From Aquificaceae bacterium (GTDB lineage Bacteria; Aquificota; Aquificia; Aquificales; Aquificaceae), in the NCBI GenBank assembly GCA_037924335.1, contig JAXSMZ010000001.1, positions 1 through 64,000 of the forward strand: DNA of 64,000 nt, in the 5' to 3' direction. The notes beneath the pieces were generated by a model, which saw nothing but the letters and a program-made list of their open reading frames with translations, was not told the origin of the DNA and ran no database searches. Both the position numbers and the translations under genes were made by a program. Of the stretch, positions 32,101 to 39,634 are shown piece by piece. How positions within the stretch are numbered: position 1 is the first letter of the stretch; the number at the start of each line of letters is the position of its first letter.

Positions 32101-32971
32101 GCCAATAAACCAAGCCTAAGGATACAGTTACCAAAGACAGTATCAAAAGCTCCTGTGCCTTTTCTGGTGCAAGGGATATGATCAGTACCTTTCTTATTAT
32201 TGCTGCCAAAGCCACACCTACAAAGACCTTTAAGCTAAGAGCTGAACCCCTTATATGCCTTATCTCCTCTGAGAGTAGCTCAGTTATAGCGTAAAGTATG
32301 AGTACAGAACCAAGGATGCTAAGACCTCCTCTCTCCAAGGGTAGCTGGCTAGAGACTACAAGCCAAACCTCATAAGAGACCCAGAATATGAGGAAAATGG
32401 CTACAACCGTTAATGTGAGCGTTATAAAAGTATCGAAAAACCAGGAGAGTTTTCTTATATTCTCAATGAGAAGTCTTTGATACTTACCAGAGGCAAAATA
32501 AAGTCTTAATTCTTCTTCCCTGAAGGAGTTTATCATCACATCTAAGTTCATGTCCAATGCTTTATTTATAGAGGTCATAATATGCTTTGCCTCTTCGGTC
32601 AGCCCAATCTCTTTTATGACCTTATCCGTTATATAATCTCTCACAAAGTTCATGGATGCTTGCACATAGTGGGGTGGCAGTCCTATCTTTACATGAGTTT
32701 CACCTATCCTGTGAAGCCTTCTCAGATACTGAGCATCATATTTGGAAGTAAATAGGGATACAAACCAGCGTTTTACCTTCTCTTTGTGTCTTGCCCTTGT
32801 TGACTCATCAGGAAGGTACCTACTGGTATCTTTAAAGTTCTCCAAATACCTGTAAAACTCCTCTATGAACTCATCCCTGTACTTCTCCCCTATCCATGAG
32901 ATAGACCTTATATTTCCTTCGTCTATGTTTGTCCAGCTGTAATGAACTTTTAGTTCTTCTATGGTTTCCAT
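32072..32971 (-). CDS. Protoglobin domain fused to PsiE-like membrane domain
   Basis: Globin-like FY..L and RIGETHVKIGL, then four TMs with AAIIRKVL; start set at METIE. Confidence 0.8.
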   Translation of the reverse strand: METIEELKVHYSWTNIDEGNIRSISWIGEKYRDEFIEEFYRYLENFKDTSRYLPDESTRARHKEKVKRWFVSLFTSKYDAQYLRRLHRIGETHVKIGLPPHYVQASMNFVRDYITDKVIKEIGLTEEAKHIMTSINKALDMNLDVMINSFREEELRLYFASGKYQRLLIENIRKLSWFFDTFITLTLTVVAIFLIFWVSYEVWLVVSSQLPLERGGLSILGSVLILYAITELLSEEIRHIRGSALSLKVFVGVALAAIIRKVLIISLAPEKAQELLILSLVTVSLGLVYWLIYRVESKM

Positions 32972-32986
32972 GGTATTATTATACAT

Positions 32987-33433
32987 ATGAAGATAGCGTT
33001 AGGCTCAGACCATGCTGGCTTCCATCTCAAGGAGAAGATAAAGGAGTTTTTGGTGTCAAAAGGACATCATGTTATAGACGTTGGCACAACTTCCAATGAA
33101 CCTACGGATTATCCCATCTATGCCAGAGAAGTTGCCATGTTAGTAAAAAGCGGAGAAGCTGAGCAGGGTATTCTCATATGCGGTACTGGTATAGGTATGT
33201 GCATAACTGCTAACAAGTTTAAAGGAATCTATGCAGCTCTGTGTACTGATGAATACATGGCAAAGGTTAGCAAGTTGCATAACAATGCCAACGTACTATG
33301 CCTTGGAGGAAGAGTTTTGGGAGATGAGCTAGCCCTTTCCATAGTTGATGCTTGGCTCTCCTATAGTTTTGAAGGTGGAAGGCATGAAAAGAGGGTGAAG
33401 ATCATAGAGGGCATAGAAAAAGATGCTTCATAG
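32987..33433 (+). CDS. rpiB: Ribose-5-phosphate isomerase B
   Basis: GSDHAG, CGTGIG, HNNANVL, FEGGRH. Confidence 0.96.
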   Translation: MKIALGSDHAGFHLKEKIKEFLVSKGHHVIDVGTTSNEPTDYPIYAREVAMLVKSGEAEQGILICGTGIGMCITANKFKGIYAALCTDEYMAKVSKLHNNANVLCLGGRVLGDELALSIVDAWLSYSFEGGRHEKRVKIIEGIEKDAS

Positions 33434-33472
33434 CTACGGTGCAAGAAGGGCTATAGCAAACCTCTCATTGCA

Positions 33473-33811
33473 CTACGGTAAGGCGCCACGAGTGGGCTCT
33501 GCAACACCCTGAGAGTTCTCAGCTGAGCCTTTGGCTATCAAGTAAGATGCATACCTTATGCTTCCATCCTTAAGCAGCACAAAGTTCTTCTCCATCCTTT
33601 CCCTTAGTCCCTTTTTGTTTTCAAGGAATTCTTGCAAAGCTTTGGGTTCACTATGAGATTTCAAAAGGTACTCTCTTTTCTCTCCGTTTTCAAAGTAAAT
33701 AACAACAGGAAGACAGTAATAGGCAGAGTAGGAACCCTCCGTACATCTATGTATTTCACCCTTTGGCTCTATCTTGATGCTTCTTGCTACTATATCCTCT
33801 TCATTTACCAT
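33473..33811 (-). CDS. Hypothetical protein
   Basis: 112-aa ORF with TATAAT 6 nt upstream of ATG. Confidence 0.65.
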   Translation of the reverse strand: MVNEEDIVARSIKIEPKGEIHRCTEGSYSAYYCLPVVIYFENGEKREYLLKSHSEPKALQEFLENKKGLRERMEKNFVLLKDGSIRYASYLIAKGSAENSQGVAEPTRGALP

Positions 33812-33818
33812 GCTTTAA

Positions 33819-35375
33819 TTATAAACCGAGTTCTTTTATCTTTCGCCATAGGGTTGTTCTGTGAATGCCAAGTAGTTTTGCTGCAAGTGTTCTGTTGCCC
33901 CGAGCCTGTTCTAACACTCTCTTAATTTTGACCTTTTCTTCTTCTTGTTGTTTTTCGGAGCTTCTATACACGTCCACATCTAGTTCCAAATAGCTTTTTG
34001 TACATGTTATAACAGAACGTTCTATTATGTTTTCAAGTTCCCTTACATTACCAGGAAAGTCATAAGAAAGAAGAAATCTCATAGCTTCTGGTGATATACC
34101 TTTGATTTTCTTTGAATACTTATTTGCATATCTTGTGAGGAAATACTCTGCAAGCAGTGGAACATCTTCCTTCCTCTCTCTTAAAGATGGTAAATGTATA
34201 TGAACTACATTTAGCCTGTAGTAGAGGTCTTCTCTAAATAGTCCATTGGACACTAGCTCCTTTAGATTCCTGTTTGTTGCAGCTATGATCCTAACGTTTG
34301 CTTTCCTTGTTTTTGTATCTCCTATCCTCTCAAACTCCTTCTCATGCACAAGATGGAGTATTTTAGCCTGAAGAGAGAGCGGCATGTCTCCTATCTCATC
34401 CAAGAAAATGGTACCTTTATCTGCAAGCTCTACCTTGCCAGGTTTGTCTTTGAGTGCACCCGTGAAGGCCCCTTTGACATAACCAAAAAGCTCAGCCTCC
34501 AGTAGGCTTTCTGGTATGGCAGTGCAGTTTATCCTTACAAAAGGTCCATCCCTCCTTGGTGAAACATAGTGAATGTATTTAGCCAGTAGGCTCTTACCAG
34601 TACCAGTTTCTCCCTCCAAAAGCACATTTACATCGTATTCTGCCACTGATTTAACTAAGTCTAAAACCCTTTGGAATACTGGGCTTTTAGTAATTATGAG
34701 TTCATCCTCTGGCGCTGATACATTTATATTATTGCTTACCACATAAAGGGATACAACTAAACCAAATCCAGACTTCATGGGAGAAACTAACAAGGATGCC
34801 TTTTGTCTTCCATACGGAGTTTCTATGTATATATCGCATCTTTCTCCTTCTGGTGGTAGCTCATCAACGGACAGGTTTATAAGCTCTTTTATATTCTTAC
34901 CAATAAGGGAAATTCTTTCGTCTGCGCATAGCATTCTCTTGGCGACCTGGTTATGCTCCAATACTTCACCATGATGGTTAAGTACCAATATGGCTTCAAA
35001 TATAGAATTGAGAATAGCCTCCTTGTAAGTTCTCTGCCTTTCAGATTCTACTATGCAGTGGACCACGTTACTAACATCTCTAAAGACCTCAAGAACTCCA
35101 AGGAAATTACCCTTTACAAATACAGGAGACATGCTCCAACATGCGTGCTTTGAATTTGATAATTTCACGTCATAAACTTGCACTCCCTCTCTTTCTTCCT
35201 TAACGTGCTTCATGGGACAGTCTTCGCATATAGAAAAAATGCCTTTACAATTGCTTCCCTCCAGATCTTCCCTCCCCAACAATCTCTTTGCAGCATCGTT
35301 AGCATAAACTATCTTAAACTCTCCGTTTATGTAAAGCACACCATCAAACAACCCATCTAGGATGGATATTTCCAT
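33819..35375 (-). CDS. Sigma54-dependent activator (PAS-PAS-AAA-Fis)
   Basis: GETGTGKS, GAFTGA, FLDEIG, FREDLYYRL, PGNVREL, Fis HTH; Cys-rich first PAS; start 35375 or 35396. Confidence 0.93.
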   Translation of the reverse strand: MEISILDGLFDGVLYINGEFKIVYANDAAKRLLGREDLEGSNCKGIFSICEDCPMKHVKEEREGVQVYDVKLSNSKHACWSMSPVFVKGNFLGVLEVFRDVSNVVHCIVESERQRTYKEAILNSIFEAILVLNHHGEVLEHNQVAKRMLCADERISLIGKNIKELINLSVDELPPEGERCDIYIETPYGRQKASLLVSPMKSGFGLVVSLYVVSNNINVSAPEDELIITKSPVFQRVLDLVKSVAEYDVNVLLEGETGTGKSLLAKYIHYVSPRRDGPFVRINCTAIPESLLEAELFGYVKGAFTGALKDKPGKVELADKGTIFLDEIGDMPLSLQAKILHLVHEKEFERIGDTKTRKANVRIIAATNRNLKELVSNGLFREDLYYRLNVVHIHLPSLRERKEDVPLLAEYFLTRYANKYSKKIKGISPEAMRFLLSYDFPGNVRELENIIERSVITCTKSYLELDVDVYRSSEKQQEEEKVKIKRVLEQARGNRTLAAKLLGIHRTTLWRKIKELGL

Positions 35376-35383
35376 AAGATGAA

Positions 35384-35770
35384 TTATAAGTTCCAATGGG
35401 TGGGAATATAAGACATCATTCTGAGGCTTTCCTCAAAGGCTGACATATACCTCATGGCTGTTATCATAGACCCTTTAAACTTTAATCTTTTAGTTAGCAT
35501 GGCAGCTCTTGGTCCCATATCACCGCTTGCGAGCTTTTTCCAATTTTCTGGGCTTGCCCATAGCTCAAAGTTGTATTTTTGAGAGTTAGCCTTTCCTGAA
35601 GACTTGGCTATACCTCTTTCTACTATAAGCTCCATCGCTTCTCCTTCTTTTCCTTCTATATAGTACTTTATGCTGGCAGAAAAATCCTTAAGGTCTGATT
35701 TTAATTTTTCGTTCTTGTTCCACTCTTCTGCGTAAGCCCTTATCCAATCTTCCGAAAGAAACTTATACAT
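35384..35770 (-). CDS. SCP2 sterol/lipid-binding domain protein
   Basis: FLSEDW, AAMLTKRLKFKGSM; SD GGAGG before ATG 35770. Confidence 0.8.
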   Translation of the reverse strand: MYKFLSEDWIRAYAEEWNKNEKLKSDLKDFSASIKYYIEGKEGEAMELIVERGIAKSSGKANSQKYNFELWASPENWKKLASGDMGPRAAMLTKRLKFKGSMITAMRYMSAFEESLRMMSYIPTHWNL

Positions 35771-35782
35771 GCTCACCTCCTA

Positions 35783-35817
35783 AAATAAAAAAGAGGAAGG
35801 CTCTAAGCCTTCCTCTT
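35783..35817 (-). terminator. Intrinsic terminator/attenuator
   Basis: 12-bp stem AAGAGGAAGGCT/AGCCTTCCTCTT followed by TTTTATTTT on minus strand. Confidence 0.75.
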
Positions 35818-35827
35818 ACTCTTTACT

Positions 35828-36163
35828 TTACTTCCCAGCTTCTTCCCTTAGAACCTTAAAGACCTCGTTAAAGGAGACCTCATCGTTGTTTACAAAAACA
35901 CCTACGTTACCCATTACACACACGGAATATTTAGGACCTGTAAGAGCCCATCCATGAAGTGGTGTCCATTCTTGTCCAGAAAAGGCAGTGTATCCATCGC
36001 ACTGCATCCTTGCCATAGCGTTGTTGGCTGCGCACATCTCCGCAGCCATAGCTGCATGTTCATCCGATATGTTTCCTTTGTAAGCAACAAGTTTCCCATC
36101 GTTGGTAAACTCACCTGCAGCCCATACACCTTTTATTTTCATAAGTCTTTCAAGGTTTGCCAT
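35828..36163 (-). CDS. DUF2173-family small protein
   Basis: LM.IKGVWAAGEF..DG, MCAAN, CVMGNVGVFV. Confidence 0.8.
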   Translation of the reverse strand: MANLERLMKIKGVWAAGEFTNDGKLVAYKGNISDEHAAMAAEMCAANNAMARMQCDGYTAFSGQEWTPLHGWALTGPKYSVCVMGNVGVFVNNDEVSFNEVFKVLREEAGK

Positions 36164-36177
36164 GGCTTTTACCTCCT

Positions 36178-36519
36178 TTAGATATACTTGGAAAGGGTTT
36201 CAAAGGTCTTGTCAAAATCCGCCTTGCTGAGCTCTACAAAGACTCCCACATTACCCATTATGCAGGCGGCATATTTGCCTCCAGCAACCGCAAAACCATA
36301 GACTGGATAAAAGCCTCCCTGTCCTGTATAGGCACTCCAACCCTTTGCCTGCATGTTGCCCATGAGCTTGTTGGCAGCACACATCATAGCAGCTATCTCT
36401 GCAGACTTCTCGTCTATATCTCCGTAATAGGCAAGAAGCCTCCCATCATCGGAGAACTCTCCAGCCGCCACTGCACCAGGCAGTGACATGAGCTCTCTTA
36501 GCTTGCTTACGGTAGCCAT
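36178..36519 (-). CDS. DUF2173-family small protein
   Basis: Paralog: LMSLPGAVAAGEFSDDG, MCAAN, CIMGNVGVFV. Confidence 0.8.
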   Translation of the reverse strand: MATVSKLRELMSLPGAVAAGEFSDDGRLLAYYGDIDEKSAEIAAMMCAANKLMGNMQAKGWSAYTGQGGFYPVYGFAVAGGKYAACIMGNVGVFVELSKADFDKTFETLSKYI

Positions 36520-36556
36520 CTTACACCTCCTTTTAAGGATTTACATAGTTTATTTG

Positions 36557-36572
36557 AGCAATAACCGTGCCA
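36557..36572 (-). promoter_or_regulatory. Sigma54 -24/-12 promoter
   Basis: TGGCACGGTTATTGCT matches consensus TGGCACG-N4-TTGCW. Confidence 0.9.
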
Positions 36573-36634
36573 GCCTATCTGTTTTTGAAAATTAAGAACT
36601 TACAGCATTTCCAAATGTCTGCCTCTTTTTGTAT

Positions 36635-36665
36635 ATGTTGCATGTTGCTACAGTGATGCAACATG
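36635..36665. promoter_or_regulatory. Candidate upstream activator sequence
   Basis: Perfect inverted repeat ATGTTGCAT-N12-ATGCAACAT with a nested second TGTTGC half-site. Confidence 0.6.
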
Positions 36666-36712
36666 CTAAAAACACTTGAAATATACTGAAGGAAGCTTAT
36701 CTATTATTACTT

Positions 36713-37222
36713 ATGGTTAGGGAGATTTTGAGATTTCCACATCCTATACTTAAAACCCCCACCCAGAGGGTGGACTTAATAGATAGGGAAATAGAAAGTC
36801 TAGTGAAAGATATGTTTGAAACTATGTACAGTGCAGAAGGTGTCGGTTTAGCCGCCAACCAAATAGGTGTATCGCTCAGCATAATGGTTATAGACACATC
36901 AAAAAAAGAGGGAAGCCCACCCTTTAAGGCTGTAATGATAAACCCACAGATATTGCTGGCTGAGGGTGAGTTGAACTACAAAGAGGGATGTCTATCCTTC
37001 CCTGGTTTGGTTGTTGAGGTAAAAAGGTACAATAAGGTATTTTTTAAATACGTTGACCTCTTTGGGGAAGAAAGGGAGGAGACCATTGAAGGCTTCCCAG
37101 CCGTTGTGTTCCAGCATGAGCTTGACCATCTTAGCGGTATAACTTTTATAGACAGAGTGAACGGGGTAAGAAGGCGTTTAGCCCTGGACAAGTATGTCAA
37201 GCTCCAGAAAGAGAAGGTATGA
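36713..37222 (+). CDS. def: Peptide deformylase
   Basis: GVGLAANQIG, EGCLS, QHELDHL. Confidence 0.97.
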   Translation: MVREILRFPHPILKTPTQRVDLIDREIESLVKDMFETMYSAEGVGLAANQIGVSLSIMVIDTSKKEGSPPFKAVMINPQILLAEGELNYKEGCLSFPGLVVEVKRYNKVFFKYVDLFGEEREETIEGFPAVVFQHELDHLSGITFIDRVNGVRRRLALDKYVKLQKEKV

Positions 37223-37485
37223 AAGTGGAGCTTGTCAGGTTTTATCCCTTTGAAACTTCTCTGAAAAAACCAAAACTTTTGGGGTATGCGGATGTACAGA
37301 TAGATGGAGCCCTTGTTATAAAGGGTATAAAGCTTTTTGAAAGTAAGTATGGAGGATACTTTATTCAGTTTCCTACTTTGGAAAAGGAAGGCAAAAGCTA
37401 CAGTATATTGGATGTAAAGTCAAAGGAACTAACTGAAAAGATAAGAAGAGTTATCGTAGATTATTATAAAGAAAACGCACTTTAG
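37219..37485 (+). CDS. spoVG: SpoVG-family protein
   Basis: LLGYADVQID...VIKGIKL...GYFIQFP. Confidence 0.7.
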   Translation: MKVELVRFYPFETSLKKPKLLGYADVQIDGALVIKGIKLFESKYGGYFIQFPTLEKEGKSYSILDVKSKELTEKIRRVIVDYYKENAL

Positions 37486-37558
37486 TGCCCTTAGCTCAGA
37501 TGGATAGAGCGTGGGTCTCCGAAGCCCAAGGTCGGGGGTTCGAGTCCCCCAGGGCACG
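37485..37558 (+). tRNA. tRNA-Arg(CCG)
   Basis: GTGCCCTTAGCTCAGATGGATAGAGCG TGGGT-CTCCGAA-GCCCA AGGTCGGGGGTTCGAGTCCCCCAGGGCACG. Confidence 0.95.
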
Positions 37559-37572
37559 CATATATTTATAGT

Positions 37573-38283
37573 ATGCATGTTAGAGCTATCGTAAAGATAA
37601 AACGGTCAGATTTTGAAGGATACAGAGAGTTCTCTCTTGAACTTCCACAGAGTTATACAGTTCTTGACTTACTTACAAAGATGAAGGAAGATATGGACCA
37701 GAGCATATCTTTCAGGAGCATGTGCAGGTCTGGCATATGTGGAACGTGCGCTGTAAAGGTCAATGGAAAACCAGTGCTGGCATGTAATACAAAACTGAAA
37801 GAGCTTGGGGAAGACATAAAGATAGAACCCATAGATGGTTTTTATGTTATAAAAGACCTTGTTGTTGAACATGATACCCTTATCAAAAGAGTAAAGTCTG
37901 CAAGAGTTTGGTTTAGCCCAAGAGAAGATGCTGTTCCTGTAAGTCAAGAGATCTTGAACATCACAGAAAAGAGCTGGGAATGTATTTTGTGCGGTGCATG
38001 CGACAGTGTATGCCCAGTACTCTTAGCGAGTCCTTCCTTTGGTGGTCCTATGGCATTTGCAAGAGCCTACAAGCTTTTCAAAGACAAAAGAAACAAGGAT
38101 ACAGAAGAACTATCCATGAAGCTAAAGGAGCTCAGCATAAACGCATGTACACACTGTAGAAACTGCTCCTTTGTGTGTCCAAAGATCGTTATGCCAGAGT
38201 ATCTTATAAAGGTGGAGGAAGATATTTTGGCAGAGAGGGGTTATACACAGCAAGCTGGTGGTTTTGAATTTCTGTCCTTCTGA
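37573..38283 (+). CDS. frdB: Fumarate reductase/succinate dehydrogenase Fe-S subunit
   Basis: CRSGICGTC...LAC, CILCGACDSVCP, CTHCRNCSFVCP. Confidence 0.85.
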   Translation: MHVRAIVKIKRSDFEGYREFSLELPQSYTVLDLLTKMKEDMDQSISFRSMCRSGICGTCAVKVNGKPVLACNTKLKELGEDIKIEPIDGFYVIKDLVVEHDTLIKRVKSARVWFSPREDAVPVSQEILNITEKSWECILCGACDSVCPVLLASPSFGGPMAFARAYKLFKDKRNKDTEELSMKLKELSINACTHCRNCSFVCPKIVMPEYLIKVEEDILAERGYTQQAGGFEFLSF

Positions 38284-38416
38284 CCTACCTTTCAATTTTT
38301 CCACAAGGAAGAGGAGTTAGGAGTATAGCACTTAAATACAAAGCCACCCTACACATTTTTTTGGGTAGTGAGTTCCTTCGTGCTTTAAGATAAAAGTAAA
38401 CAAAGAAGAGGAAAAC

Positions 38417-39634
38417 ATGGAAAGGCAGGAGAGGCAAGATTTCTTGATGTTTATTGAAAGACTAGACCATTTTGCGGTTGGTCTTTTCCGTCAGTTTAGA
38501 ATAGAAGAAGGTACAGATAGAGTTGTTCTTGTAGCACCTACGGAAACATACAAAAGATGGGCGATAGAGTATATAGGGAGCAGGCTCAAAAACTATGTAA
38601 AAAAGATAGAGGTTAAAAGCGCAGATGAAGCAGAGAACAAAAGTCTTCAGGAAAGTTACAATTCAAACCTCGTTGAAAGATTTACCTTTGAAAACTTTGT
38701 GGTGGGGAGGGCAAACGAGCTTGCCTATAAAGTCTGTTTGGAAGTTGCAGAAAAGCCTGGAATAGCCTTTAACCCTGTCTTTTTATACGGCAATGTGGGT
38801 TTAGGAAAAACACACCTACTACACGCTTTAGGAAACATGGCGAGAAGCAAGGGCTTCAAGGTCATATACTCTTCAATCAACGACTTTTCCGATGAGATGA
38901 TAGAGTACCTCAGGAAAGGAAACATAGGAAGGTTTAGGGAAAGGTACATGGGGGTTGACCTTATACTCCTTGATGATGTTCAGTTCTTGACTGGCAAAGA
39001 GAGAACTCAGGTAGAGCTCTTTAGACTGTTTGAGTCTATGTATTTGATGGATAAGCAAATAGTGCTGGTGAGCGATAGACATCCCAAGGACCTAAGAGAC
39101 ATATCGGACAGGTTGATAAGTAGATTTGAGGGTGGTTTAGTTTTAGAGATAGGCTTGGATGATGACACAAAGCTGTCCATAATAAAGCAGAAGCTCATAC
39201 TCTACGGCCTTCCTGTAGACAAGGTGGCAATGGACTATATTTTTGACACAACAGGCTACAACGTCAGAGAGATAGAGGGAGCCATAAAAACATTAAAGGT
39301 AGTTGGTATAAAGCCCTTAGAAAACAGGACAGAAAAGGATGTGCAGTTTGTAGTAGAATTTGTTGCCAAGCACTTTGGACTAAAGCCAGACCACCTAAGG
39401 AAGGATACAAAGGAAAGAAGGATAATAAACGCAAAACAGATGGCCATGTACTTATGCAAAGCTGTTCTTGGTATATCCTACACAGAGATAAGCAGGCAAT
39501 TTGGAAAGAGGGACCACACATGGGCTATTTACTCCATTAAAAAAATAGAAGAGAGGGTAAGGGAAGACAGGAAGTTCAAGTATATGCTTAGCTTTTTAGA
39601 AAAGCAGCTGAGAAAGGAATTGGGTAAATATTAG
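38417..39634 (+). CDS. dnaA: Replication initiator DnaA
   Basis: FTFENFVVG, GNVGLGKTHL, LLDDVQF, NVREIEG, RDHT domain IV. Confidence 0.96.
   Translation: MERQERQDFLMFIERLDHFAVGLFRQFRIEEGTDRVVLVAPTETYKRWAIEYIGSRLKNYVKKIEVKSADEAENKSLQESYNSNLVERFTFENFVVGRANELAYKVCLEVAEKPGIAFNPVFLYGNVGLGKTHLLHALGNMARSKGFKVIYSSINDFSDEMIEYLRKGNIGRFRERYMGVDLILLDDVQFLTGKERTQVELFRLFESMYLMDKQIVLVSDRHPKDLRDISDRLISRFEGGLVLEIGLDDDTKLSIIKQKLILYGLPVDKVAMDYIFDTTGYNVREIEGAIKTLKVVGIKPLENRTEKDVQFVVEFVAKHFGLKPDHLRKDTKERRIINAKQMAMYLCKAVLGISYTEISRQFGKRDHTWAIYSIKKIEERVREDRKFKYMLSFLEKQLRKELGKY

Noticed and set aside
33434..33479. Imperfect hairpin flanked by CTACGGT direct repeats between rpiB and a convergent gene
   Set aside because: Single occurrence with a weak stem; most simply a terminator-like structure or chance; no known ncRNA motif recognised.
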